Shown here: in pieces, positions 36,485-45,741 of the stretch | Position numbering within the stretch: the first letter of the stretch is position 1 | Layout of the letters: the number at the start of each line of letters is the position of its first letter | Translations under genes and position numbers: made by a program | The notes under the pieces: generated by a model | The model's database searches: none | What the model was told of the DNA's origin: nothing | The model's input: the letters and a program-made list of their open reading frames with translations, nothing else | Source: Alphaproteobacteria bacterium | GTDB taxonomy: Bacteria > Pseudomonadota > Alphaproteobacteria > UBA828 | NCBI GenBank assembly: GCA_965221125.1 | Contig: CBDCRW010000002.1 | Location: forward strand, 146,749-210,748 | Direction of reading: 5' to 3' | DNA length: 64,000 bases

Positions 36485-38077
36485 ATGCCCATCGGCGAAG
36501 TCCTCGTCATCGTCATGTTCGTGACGACCTTCGCCTGCCTGCTGGCGGGCTTCCCGGTCGCCTTCACGCTGTCCGGCGTGGCCGCGCTGTTCGGCCTCTT
36601 CTCGTACGCCTTCGGCGTCTTCGACGTCAGCTTCCTGCGCGCCATGCCGCAGCGCATCTTCGGCAACGCGATGTGGAACGAGGTGCTGATCGCCGTGCCG
36701 CTCTTCATCTTCATGGGCGTGATGCTGGAACGCTCGAAGGTGGCGGAAGAGCTGCTGGAGGCCATGGGGCGGCTCTTCGGCGGCCTGCGCGGCGGCATCG
36801 GGCTCTCGGTGATCGCGGTGGGCGCGCTGCTCGCCGCCTCCACCGGAATCGTCGGCGCCACGGTGGTGACCATGGGCCTGCTCTCGCTGCCGACGATGCT
36901 CAGGCGCGGCTACGACCCCAAGCTCGCGACCGGGACGATCTGCGCCTCCGGCACCCTCGGCCAGATCATCCCGCCCTCCATCGTCCTCGTGATCCTGGGC
37001 GAGCAGATCTCCAACGCCTACGTCGATGCTCAGCGCGCCATCGGCAACTGGTCGCCGGAGCCGGTCTCGGTGGGCGACCTCTTCGCCGGCGCTCTCTTGC
37101 CGGGGATGGTGCTGGTCGGCCTCTACATGCTCTATCTGATGGTCGTCGCCTGGTTGCGGCCCAATGCGGCGCCGGCGATTCCGCGCGGCGAGCTGGGCGG
37201 CGACTGGCGCGAGGTGTGGCGGCGCACCGGCCGCGCACTGGTGCCGCCGATCGTGCTCATCATCGCCGTGCTCGGCTCCATCCTCGGCGGCATCGCGACC
37301 CCGACCGAGGCTGCGGCGGTGGGCGCCGTCGGCTCGCTGATCCTCGCCGGCGCACGGCTCGCGCCCGAAGGCGGCACCAGGCTCGAACGCAGCGTCGGCA
37401 GCGCACCGCTCTACCTCGCGGGCGGCGCCTTGATCCTGATGATGATCCTCGCCGGCCAGTTCGATCTCGTGATCACGCGGGCCGGCATCGGCGCGCCGGC
37501 CATCGCCGCCTTCGTCTGCTGCGGGCTGCTTGTCTACGGGATCTGGACGAGCCTCTGGCGGGTCTGGCGCGCCGGCGTGCTCGTGCCGGTCATGCGGTCG
37601 ACCATGCAGATCAGCGCCATGGTCTTCGTCATCCTGATCGGCGCCGCCTTGTTCTCGCTGGTCTTCCGGGGCCTCGGCGGCGACGAGATGGTCCACCAGG
37701 CGCTGTCGAACGTTCCGGGCGGGGTCATCGGCGCGATGCTGGTGGTCATGCTGATCATGTTCGCTTTGGGCTTCTTCCTCGATTTCATCGAGATCACCTT
37801 CGTGGTGGTGCCGATCATCGCGCCGGTGCTGCTGCAGATGGACATCAACCCGATCTGGCTCGGGATCATGATGGCGGTGAACCTGCAGACCTCGTTCCTG
37901 ACGCCACCCTTCGGCTTCTCGCTCTTCTACCTGCGGGGCGTGGCGCCGCGCACGGTGCGCACCGGCGAGATCTACCGGGGGGTCATCCCCTTCGTCATCA
38001 TCCAGCTCGCGGCGCTTGCGGTACTCGGCCTCTTCCCCGAGCTCACCACCTGGCTGCCGTCCGTCGTCTTCGATTGA
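36485..38077 (+). CDS. TRAP large permease DctM
   Basis: GTLGQIIPPS, TPTEAA, SFLTPPFG. Confidence 0.93.
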   Translation: MPIGEVLVIVMFVTTFACLLAGFPVAFTLSGVAALFGLFSYAFGVFDVSFLRAMPQRIFGNAMWNEVLIAVPLFIFMGVMLERSKVAEELLEAMGRLFGGLRGGIGLSVIAVGALLAASTGIVGATVVTMGLLSLPTMLRRGYDPKLATGTICASGTLGQIIPPSIVLVILGEQISNAYVDAQRAIGNWSPEPVSVGDLFAGALLPGMVLVGLYMLYLMVVAWLRPNAAPAIPRGELGGDWREVWRRTGRALVPPIVLIIAVLGSILGGIATPTEAAAVGAVGSLILAGARLAPEGGTRLERSVGSAPLYLAGGALILMMILAGQFDLVITRAGIGAPAIAAFVCCGLLVYGIWTSLWRVWRAGVLVPVMRSTMQISAMVFVILIGAALFSLVFRGLGGDEMVHQALSNVPGGVIGAMLVVMLIMFALGFFLDFIEITFVVVPIIAPVLLQMDINPIWLGIMMAVNLQTSFLTPPFGFSLFYLRGVAPRTVRTGEIYRGVIPFVIIQLAALAVLGLFPELTTWLPSVVFD

Positions 38078-38091
38078 GGGGTGGGCGGAAG

Positions 38092-39390
38092 TTAACGCTC
38101 CTTCGACCACGCCGTCACGACATCGATGAGCGCGTCCGTGAGGCAGGCGAGGTCGGCCTCGTCGATGGTGAGCGCGGGCGTCACATAGACGATATCGCCG
38201 AAGGGGCGGACCCAGACGCCCGCGTCGACGAAGCGCGCCTTGAGCCAGCCGATGCGGCTCATGTCATCGAGCTGGATGACGCCGATCGCGCCCCGCACGC
38301 GCACGTCGACCACGCCCGGCAGCGCCCGCGCCGGCTCCAGCGCGGCCTCGAGACGGCCTTCGATGGCGCGCGCCTGGGCGAGGCGGGGCTCCCGCTCGAA
38401 CAGGTCGAGCGAGGCGTTGGCGGCGGCGCAGGCCAGCGGATTGGCCATGAAGGTCGGTCCGTGCATGAGGGCCGCGTCGGGATCGTCGGAGAGGAAGGCC
38501 TCGAAGATGCGCTCGCTCGCGACGGTCGCGGCGAGCGCCATGGTGCCGCCGGTGAGCGCCTTCGACAGCGTCACGATGTCCGGCACGACGTCTGCCTGCT
38601 CGCAGGCGAACATCGTCCCGGTGCGGCCGAAGCCGGTCATGATCTCGTCGGCGATCAGCAGCAGGCCGTGCCTGTCGCAGGCCGCGCGCAGCGCGCGCAG
38701 CGTCTCCGGCGCGTGGAAGCGCATGCCGCCCGCGCCCTGGACCAGCGGCTCGACGATGACCGCCGCCACGTCCTCCCGATGCCGGGCGAGGTAGGCATCG
38801 AAGGCGGCGCCACCCGCCTCGTCCTGCGGCAGCGGCACGACGTGCTGCTCCGGCAGCGCGCCCGCGAACAGGCTGTGCATGCCCTCCTCGGGGTCGCAGA
38901 CGGACATCGCGGCGAAGGTGTCGCCATGATAGGCGCCCTGGAAACTCACGAAGCGGTGGCGCCCGCGCACGCCCTGGTTGAGCCAGTACTGCAGCGCCAT
39001 CTTGAGCGCGATCTCCGCCGCCACCGAGCCCGACTCCGAGAAGAACACCCGGCTCAGCGGATCCGGCAGCATGGCGGCGAGGCGGCGGGCCAGCGTGAGC
39101 GCGGGCTCGTTGGCGAGGCCGCCGAACATCACGTGTGGCATGCGGTCCAACTGCGCGGCGACGGCGGCGCGGATGTGGGGGTGGTTGTAGCCGTGGCAGG
39201 CGGTCCACCACGAGGCGATGCCGTCGATCAGCTGGCGGCCGTCGGCAAGCACGATGCGCGTGCCCCTGGTCTCGGCCACCGCAAGCGGCGGCGGTACGGC
39301 GGCCATCTGGGTGTAGGGCAGCCAGACGTGGCCGTAGCCCTCGGCGAGCCAGTCTGGCTCAGAAGGGGTGCTTTGGGGGCGGCACGCCAC
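38092..39390 (-). CDS. bioA: adenosylmethionine--8-amino-7-oxononanoate transaminase
   Basis: WLPYTQM, SWWT..HGY, YHGDT, DEIMTGFGRTG, SKALTGG. Confidence 0.95.
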   Translation of the reverse strand: MACRPQSTPSEPDWLAEGYGHVWLPYTQMAAVPPPLAVAETRGTRIVLADGRQLIDGIASWWTACHGYNHPHIRAAVAAQLDRMPHVMFGGLANEPALTLARRLAAMLPDPLSRVFFSESGSVAAEIALKMALQYWLNQGVRGRHRFVSFQGAYHGDTFAAMSVCDPEEGMHSLFAGALPEQHVVPLPQDEAGGAAFDAYLARHREDVAAVIVEPLVQGAGGMRFHAPETLRALRAACDRHGLLLIADEIMTGFGRTGTMFACEQADVVPDIVTLSKALTGGTMALAATVASERIFEAFLSDDPDAALMHGPTFMANPLACAAANASLDLFEREPRLAQARAIEGRLEAALEPARALPGVVDVRVRGAIGVIQLDDMSRIGWLKARFVDAGVWVRPFGDIVYVTPALTIDEADLACLTDALIDVVTAWSKER

Positions 39391-39420
39391 GGCGAACGCT
39401 GGGAGCGCCGCGGCCGCGGC

Positions 39421-40416
39421 CTAGACCGGCATCGGCTGGATGCCGAGGCGGGCGAAGAGCCGGCTGTCGCGGTCGCGCTCGGGATTGGGCGTCGTCAGCA
39501 GCTCCGGCCCCACGAACACCGAGTTCGCGCCGGCGAGGAAGGCCAGAGCCTGCATCTCGTCGGACATCTGCTCGCGCCCGGCGGAGAGCCGGACCATCGA
39601 GCGCGGCATGGCGATGCGCACCGCCGCCACCGTGCGCACGAACTCGAAGGGGTCGAGCGCGTCCGTGCCGGCGAGCGGCGTGCCCTCGACCTGCACGAGC
39701 ATGTTGATGGGCACGCTCTCAGGGTGCGTCGGCAGGCTCGCGAGGGTCGCGATCATGTCCGCCCGGTCGCGCGTCGATTCGCCCATGCCGACGATGCCGC
39801 CGCAGCAGACGTTGATGCCGGCGTCGCGCACGTGACCCAGGGTGTCGAGGCGATCCCGGTAGGTGCGCGTGGTGATGATCTCGCCGTAGAACGATTCCGA
39901 GGTGTCGAGGTTGTGGTTGTAGTAGTCGAGGCCGGCGTCCGCGAGCCGCGCCGCCTGGGGCGCGCTCAGCATGCCGAGGGTGACGCAGGTCTCCATGCCG
40001 AGCGCCTTCACGCCCTCCACCATGTCGGCGACCGCGTCGAGGTCGCGGTCCTTCGGGCTGCGCCACGCGGCGCCCATGCAGTAGCGCGTGGCGCCGGCGT
40101 CGCGGGCGCGCCGGGCCGCGGCCAGCACCTCGTCGAGCGACATCATCTTCTCAGCCGTGAGCCCGGTGTCGTAGCGCGCGCTCTGCGGGCAATAGGCGCA
40201 ATCCTCCGGGCAGCCGCCGGTCTTGATGCTGAGCAGCGTCGACATCTGCACCTGGTTCGGGTCGAAATGGCGGCGATGCACGGCCTGGGCGCGAAACATC
40301 AGCTCGGCGAAGGGCAGCGCAAGCAGCGCCTCGACCTCCGCCACCGACCAGTCATGCCTGAGCGCGCCCACCGCCCCGGAGTGCGCGTCCGCGCCGATCG
40401 CCTCGACAGCTTCCAT
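39421..40416 (-). CDS. bioB: biotin synthase
   Basis: [11 protein letters not shown] radical SAM motif, [19 protein letters not shown]. Confidence 0.97.
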   Translation of the reverse strand: MEAVEAIGADAHSGAVGALRHDWSVAEVEALLALPFAELMFRAQAVHRRHFDPNQVQMSTLLSIKTGGCPEDCAYCPQSARYDTGLTAEKMMSLDEVLAAARRARDAGATRYCMGAAWRSPKDRDLDAVADMVEGVKALGMETCVTLGMLSAPQAARLADAGLDYYNHNLDTSESFYGEIITTRTYRDRLDTLGHVRDAGINVCCGGIVGMGESTRDRADMIATLASLPTHPESVPINMLVQVEGTPLAGTDALDPFEFVRTVAAVRIAMPRSMVRLSAGREQMSDEMQALAFLAGANSVFVGPELLTTPNPERDRDSRLFARLGIQPMPV

Positions 40417-40601
40417 GATCGTTCGCCCCCGGCCCTGGATCGGCGCAGGATAGGCCGGACCGCCGCCGGGTCAAGGAATGCGGCCCGGAGACGGCTGATC
40501 GCGGCCCAACCCGCACAGTCATGTTGGGCCGCTATGCTGCATTGAACATACAATATGTGGCGTTCCGTTAGAGCAATTGGCTACAAGACCGGCAATATCC
40601 A

Positions 40602-40630
40602 TTGACGGACGGCCCTGCCGGCATCATGCT
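40602..40630 (+). promoter_or_regulatory. sigma70-like promoter of kdsD-lptCAB
   Basis: TTGACG-N17-CATGCT. Confidence 0.5.
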
Positions 40631-40659
40631 TGCCACGAAATAGACAAAATTCGAATTCC

Positions 40660-41652
40660 GTGGGCCCGACTGCAATATCTGCCGCGCTCGACATCATCGA
40701 GCATGCCGATCTCGCCGCCGCCCGGCGCGTGGTGAGCCAGGAATCGCGCGCGCTCGCGCGGCTCTCCGAGTCACTGACCGAACGCTTCGTCGTCGCGACC
40801 GAGATTCTCGCGGCCACCCGGGGCCGGATCGTGGTCTCCGGCATGGGCAAGAGCGGCCACATCGCCAACAAGATGGCGGCCACCTTCGCCTCGACCGGGG
40901 CGCCGGCGCTCTTCGTTCACCCGGCGGAGGCGAGCCACGGCGATCTCGGCATGATCACCGATGCCGACACGCTGCTGATGCTGTCGAACTCCGGCGAGAC
41001 GCCGGAATTGGCCGACCTCGTGAATTACGGAAAGCGCTTCCGCATCCCACTCGTCGCGATCGTGGGGAGGGCGCCGAGCACGCTTGCCGAGGCGGCCACG
41101 GTCGCGCTCGTTCTGCCCAACGAGCCTGAGGCCGGCACCCTCGGCCTCGCGCCGACCACGTCGACCATCATGATGCTGGCGCTGGGCGATGCGCTGGCGG
41201 TCGCCCTGCTGGAGCGCAAGGGGCTCACGGCCGACGACTTCAAGATTTACCATCCGGGCGGCAAGCTCGGCCGGCGGCTGGTCCGGGTCGCCGACATCAT
41301 GCACGCGGGCGACGACTTGCCTTTGGTGCCTGCCGATACGGCGATGGCGGAGGCGCTGATCGTCATGACCGCGAAGCGCCTCGGCTGCGTCGGCGCCGTC
41401 GACGGCGACGGCACGCTGGCCGGCATCGTCACCGACGGCGACCTCAGGCGGCACATGGACGCGCAGCTTCTGCAACGATCCGTCTCAGAGGTCATGACCA
41501 CCGATCCGATCACGATCCATGCCGGCGCGCTCGGCGTCGAAGCGGTGCACCTCATGAACCGCTGCCAGATCACCAGCCTCTTCGTGACCGAGGAGAAGCG
41601 GCCGGTCGGCGTCGTCCACGTCCACGATTGCCTCCGGGCGGGTCTCGCATGA
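40660..41652 (+). CDS. kdsD: arabinose-5-phosphate isomerase (KpsF/GutQ family)
   Basis: GMGKSGHI, HPAEASHGDLG, APTTST, HPGG.LG, CBS pair; start approximate (GTG). Confidence 0.93.
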   Translation: MGPTAISAALDIIEHADLAAARRVVSQESRALARLSESLTERFVVATEILAATRGRIVVSGMGKSGHIANKMAATFASTGAPALFVHPAEASHGDLGMITDADTLLMLSNSGETPELADLVNYGKRFRIPLVAIVGRAPSTLAEAATVALVLPNEPEAGTLGLAPTTSTIMMLALGDALAVALLERKGLTADDFKIYHPGGKLGRRLVRVADIMHAGDDLPLVPADTAMAEALIVMTAKRLGCVGAVDGDGTLAGIVTDGDLRRHMDAQLLQRSVSEVMTTDPITIHAGALGVEAVHLMNRCQITSLFVTEEKRPVGVVHVHDCLRAGLA

Positions 41653-42383
41653 CCACCGAGGTGGGCGGAACCACGCCGGCGGGCACCACCGAGGTGGGCA
41701 GGCTCCGCTACTACCGGGCCGGCGCCGGCACGGGCGGAGGGGCTCCGAGCCGGTACAGCGGCTTCGTCGGCCTCATGCGCTATCTGCTGCCGGCGGTGGC
41801 CGCATGCCTGCTCGGACTCGTGGTCGGGTGGCCGCTGGTCAGCGACGGGGGAGAGGGAATCCACATCCCGCTGGCCACCGACGCGGGCATCGACGGCCGC
41901 CTGACCATGCTGAACGCGAGCTATCTGGGCACGGACGCGAAGAACCGGCCCTTCGCCGTGCGGGGCAAGGAGGCGTTCCAGCCGGAGAGCGATTCGCCCA
42001 TCGTGCATCTCTCCGGCGTGGAGGCCGACATCTTCACTGATCCGGCGCAGAACGGCGTGCTGGCGCTGTCGGCGAACGAGGGCCTTTACCAGCGCGATGC
42101 CGAGAGCCTCGACCTTGCCGGCGATGTCACGGTGCGCTCGGACGCGGGGCACGAGTTCGTCACCACCGAGGCGCATATCGACCTGCCGGCAGGCGTCGCG
42201 ACGGGCCGCGAGCCGGTGAGCGGCAAGGGCCCGCACGGGCTGCTCGATGCGGGCAATTTCGCGCTCCTGGAGCGCGGAGAGGTCATGACCTTCGGCGGCC
42301 GGGTGCGGGTGACCCTGTTCCCGCATGCGCTGGAGGAACTGGATGGCTCGTCGGGAGGACAAGACGATGAGAGCCGGGGATAG
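41649..42383 (+). CDS. lptC: LPS export protein LptC
   Basis: single N-terminal TM helix then beta-rich domain; lies between kdsD and lptA. Confidence 0.8.
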   Translation: MTTEVGGTTPAGTTEVGRLRYYRAGAGTGGGAPSRYSGFVGLMRYLLPAVAACLLGLVVGWPLVSDGGEGIHIPLATDAGIDGRLTMLNASYLGTDAKNRPFAVRGKEAFQPESDSPIVHLSGVEADIFTDPAQNGVLALSANEGLYQRDAESLDLAGDVTVRSDAGHEFVTTEAHIDLPAGVATGREPVSGKGPHGLLDAGNFALLERGEVMTFGGRVRVTLFPHALEELDGSSGGQDDESRG

Positions 42384-42921
42384 CCGACGCAGGCGGGCGC
42401 TCGACCTGTCGCGGGCCGCTCTGATCGCCGCGGCGCTCGCGGTATCGGTCGCCCTCGCCGGCGCGGGCGCGGCACAGGAGGCCGATGACGGGGCCGGCGC
42501 GGCGAGCGAAGCCATCGAGATCACCGCCGATACGCTCGAGGTGCGGCAGTCGGAGAACGTCGCCATCTTCGAAGGCGCCGTCAACGCGGTCCAGGGCGAC
42601 CTGGTGCTGAACGCGGACATGCTCACGGTCCACTACCGCGAGGCGGAGGGCGGCGCGGGCAACCTCGGCGTCTCGCGCATCGAGGCCCAGGGCAACGTCG
42701 TGGTCACCTCGGCAGGCGAGATCGCGCAGGGGCAGCGCGGCATCTACAACGTGGAAGACGGGACCATCGACCTGACCGGCGGCGTGGTGCTGAACCAGGG
42801 CAACAACGTCGTCGAGGGCGAGACGCTGACGATGAATCTCGAGACCGGGGTGAGCAAGGTTTCCGGCGCGGGCGACACCCGCGTGCAGGGTCTCTTCGTG
42901 CCGGAGGAGGAAGGCGAGTAA
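42367..42921 (+). CDS. lptA: LPS transport periplasmic protein LptA
   Basis: signal peptide, IEITAD.LEV, F.G.V...QG, RV.GLF.P. Confidence 0.85.
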   Translation: MRAGDSRRRRALDLSRAALIAAALAVSVALAGAGAAQEADDGAGAASEAIEITADTLEVRQSENVAIFEGAVNAVQGDLVLNADMLTVHYREAEGGAGNLGVSRIEAQGNVVVTSAGEIAQGQRGIYNVEDGTIDLTGGVVLNQGNNVVEGETLTMNLETGVSKVSGAGDTRVQGLFVPEEEGE

Positions 42922-42950
42922 CGCGTGACGGCAGGCAGGGTGAGAGCCGC

Positions 42951-43736
42951 ATGACCGCGCCGGCGACCGTGGGCCCCGGCGGCAGCCCTGCTGCGCCCGT
43001 CGTCCATGCCGGCAATCCGGGCCTGCGGGCGGAGAACCTCGGCAAGAGCTTCAGGAAGCGGCCGGTCCTGCGCGGCCTCAGCCTGAGCGTGCAGCGCGGC
43101 GAGGCGGTCGGCCTGCTCGGCCCCAACGGCGCCGGCAAGACGACCTGCTTCTACCTGATGACCGGCCTGATGGCGGCGGACTACGGCCGTGTCTTCCTCG
43201 ACGGGCACGACATCACCGGGCTCCCCATGTATCGCCGTGCCCGCCTCGGCCTCGGCTACCTGCCGCAGGAGGCCTCGATCTTTCGCGGGCTCACGGTGGA
43301 GAACAACATCCGCGCGGTGCTGGAAGTGACGATCGAGGCGCGCGACGAGCGCGAGCATGTGCTGGACGAGCTGCTCGCCGAGTTCTCGATCACCCATCTG
43401 CGGCGCACGCCGTCGCTCGCGCTCTCGGGCGGCGAGAGGCGGCGGGTGGAGATCGCCCGCGCGCTCGCGTCCAAGCCCCGCTTCATGCTGCTGGACGAGC
43501 CGCTGTCGGGGATCGACCCCATCGCGGTGGCGGAAATTCGCGACCTCGTCGCCCACCTCAAGGACCGCGGCATCGGCGTGATGCTGACGGATCACAACGT
43601 GCGGGAGGCGCTCGACATCGTCGACCGCGCCTTCATCATCAACGAGGGCGCCGTGCTGATGGAGGGCCCGCCCTCGGAGATCGTCTCCCACGACGAGGTG
43701 CGGCGCGTCTACCTCGGCGACCGCTTCCGGCTGTAG
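42951..43736 (+). CDS. lptB: LPS export ABC ATPase LptB
   Basis: GPNGAGKTT, YLPQE.SIF, LSGGERRR, TDHNVRE, VYLG. Confidence 0.96.
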   Translation: MTAPATVGPGGSPAAPVVHAGNPGLRAENLGKSFRKRPVLRGLSLSVQRGEAVGLLGPNGAGKTTCFYLMTGLMAADYGRVFLDGHDITGLPMYRRARLGLGYLPQEASIFRGLTVENNIRAVLEVTIEARDEREHVLDELLAEFSITHLRRTPSLALSGGERRRVEIARALASKPRFMLLDEPLSGIDPIAVAEIRDLVAHLKDRGIGVMLTDHNVREALDIVDRAFIINEGAVLMEGPPSEIVSHDEVRRVYLGDRFRL

Positions 43737-43811
43737 GGCACGATCCGACCGGATCGAACCTTTCTCAGTTGCCGCACGCTCGCGTCGTCGCCTGCGACGC
43801 GGCCCGCGGCT

Positions 43812-43928
43812 CCCCCTCCTCACCCCGGCCCTCTCCTCCCCCGTGGGGAGGAGAGGGAGAAAAGGCTGGTTCGGCTTGCGTCCCCTCTCCGCCCCTGGGG
43901 GGCGGAGAGGGACAGGGAGAGGTGGGGG
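43812..43928 (+). repeat. CCCTCTCC/GGAGAGGG double-hairpin intergenic repeat (CIR/REP-like), family B copy 1
   Basis: first 50 nt match the reverse complement of 49081-49130 with 3 mismatches. Confidence 0.8.
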
Positions 43929-43968
43929 ATGTTCGAGCCGCCGTGAGCCGGCAGGGTCGAAACTCGCT

Positions 43969-45741
43969 CTAGGCCGCCTGTTTCGCCATCTCGGCGCGGC
44001 GCGCCGCGGTCGCGGCGACGTCGATCTCCAGCGCCTCGGTGAGAACCACGCCGTAAGCGTCGCGCGCATGCTCGCGGGTGCAGAAGTCGTCGAGCACGTC
44101 TTCGCGCACCTGCTCGGCCGTGCGCTCCAGCGGGTCGCCGTAGCCGCCGCCGCAGGGGCCGAGGAAGCCTATGCAGTCGCCGGTCTGGTTGCGCAGCCCG
44201 TGGATCTTGGCCGGCAGGTCCTCGACGCGCTCAGGCTCGGCCACGTTGTACTTGATGAGGCGCCCGCCCTGGCCGGTCGTGCCGCCGCGAAAGCCCCAGG
44301 GCGGGTCGTCGTGGCGGTCCGCCTCGTGGGTGAGGAAGCCGGGCGTGAGGTAGCGCTGCACCTTGATCACGCCGATGCCGCCGCGATGGCGGCCCGCGCC
44401 CGGCATCACGTCGTCGCGCAACTCGTAGCGATCGCAGAGCAGCGGCAGGTGCATGCCGAGGTCCTCGATGGGGTTGTTGCGCGTGTTGCGCATCAGCTCC
44501 TCGATGGTGTCCGGCCCGTCGGAATGGGGCCTGCCGCCGCAGGCGCCCTCGTTGACCTCGATGAAGACCCAGTACTGGCCGTCCGGCCTGACGCCGGAAT
44601 AGGCGATCGCGGAGACGTCGGCGGAAGAGCCCGCCGTCACCTTCTCCGGGATCACCGGGGCAAGCGCCTTGGCGATGCAGTCGACCACGCGCTGGATCTG
44701 GTTGAAGCGCGCCTCGGCTGACGCCGGATACTCGGGGTTGAAGATCGTGCCCTTGGGCGCGGTGACCTTGATGGGGCGGAACGAGCCCTCGTTCTGCGGC
44801 ACGTGCTCGCTGATGGTCGCCGTATCGAGCAGCAGCGCGCGGAAAGCGAAGTAGCAGGCGACCTTGGTCGAGCCCTCGAAGGGCACGTTGAAGGCGGTCG
44901 GCACCTGGGGGGACGAGCCGGTGAGGTCGACCTCGGCGGAATCGCCCTCGATGCGGACCGCGACCTTGACCGGGAGTGGCTCCTTCCGGTTGCGTCCGTC
45001 GTCGTCCAGAAAACCCTCGGCCCGGTACTCGCCGTCGGGGATCGCCCCGATCTGGCGGCGCAGCATGCGCTCGGAATAGTCCATGAGCTGCTCGGTGGCG
45101 GCGAACACCAGGTCCTTGCCGTGCTGGTCGATGAGCTCGACGAAGCGCTTGACGCCGAGCTCGGCGGAGGCGACCTGGGCCTCGATGTCGCCCATCACCT
45201 GGCTCGGCACCCGCGTGTTGGTCTCGATGAACTGCCAGAGCGCACGGTTGAGCTTGCCGCCCTCGTAGAGCTTCACGCCCTTGAACAGCATGCCCTCGGC
45301 GAAGACGTCCGGCACGTCGATGATGAGGCCGGGCGTGGCTGCGCCGATATCCACGTGGTGCGCGGTGTTGGCCGAGTAGCCGACCAGCTCGCCGTCGTAG
45401 AAGACCGGCGCCACGGCGGCGATGTCCGGCGAGTGGCTCGCGCCGTAGTAGGGGTGGTTGTGGATGACGATGTCGCCCGGCTGCCAGGGGTCGTGCAGGG
45501 TCTCGTCGATCCCGCGCAGGTAGGCGGGGATGGAGCCGATGTGCATCGGCGTCGAATCCGATTCGCAGAGCGTGTTGAAGCTGCGGTCGAAGAGCCCGGC
45601 GCCGAGATCCTCCGATTCCCGGATGATGGACGAGTAGGACATGCGGTAGAGCACATGCCCCATCTCCTTGGCGATGGTGTGCAGCGCACCGCCGATCACC
45701 TGCAGGGTGATCGGGTCGACGTCGATCCTCTCGGCGGTCAT
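43969..45741 (-). CDS. hydantoinase B/oxoprolinase family protein
   Basis: SSIIRE, HIGS, N.PY.GASH.PD, HHVDIG, GGGYGDP. Confidence 0.92.
   Translation of the reverse strand: MTAERIDVDPITLQVIGGALHTIAKEMGHVLYRMSYSSIIRESEDLGAGLFDRSFNTLCESDSTPMHIGSIPAYLRGIDETLHDPWQPGDIVIHNHPYYGASHSPDIAAVAPVFYDGELVGYSANTAHHVDIGAATPGLIIDVPDVFAEGMLFKGVKLYEGGKLNRALWQFIETNTRVPSQVMGDIEAQVASAELGVKRFVELIDQHGKDLVFAATEQLMDYSERMLRRQIGAIPDGEYRAEGFLDDDGRNRKEPLPVKVAVRIEGDSAEVDLTGSSPQVPTAFNVPFEGSTKVACYFAFRALLLDTATISEHVPQNEGSFRPIKVTAPKGTIFNPEYPASAEARFNQIQRVVDCIAKALAPVIPEKVTAGSSADVSAIAYSGVRPDGQYWVFIEVNEGACGGRPHSDGPDTIEELMRNTRNNPIEDLGMHLPLLCDRYELRDDVMPGAGRHRGGIGVIKVQRYLTPGFLTHEADRHDDPPWGFRGGTTGQGGRLIKYNVAEPERVEDLPAKIHGLRNQTGDCIGFLGPCGGGYGDPLERTAEQVREDVLDDFCTREHARDAYGVVLTEALEIDVAATAARRAEMAKQAA

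Noticed and set aside
35995-40545. 1516-aa ORF and similar very long ORFs (57086-60859, 58678-60940, 29630-32221, 32399-34636)
   Set aside because: Arg/Gly/Ala-rich off-frame or antisense shadows of recognised genes, expected at this GC content.
41649-41702. 15-bp direct repeat (TTEVG twice) at the lptC start
   Set aside because: A small in-frame duplication in a variable N-terminus with no sign of an inserted element.
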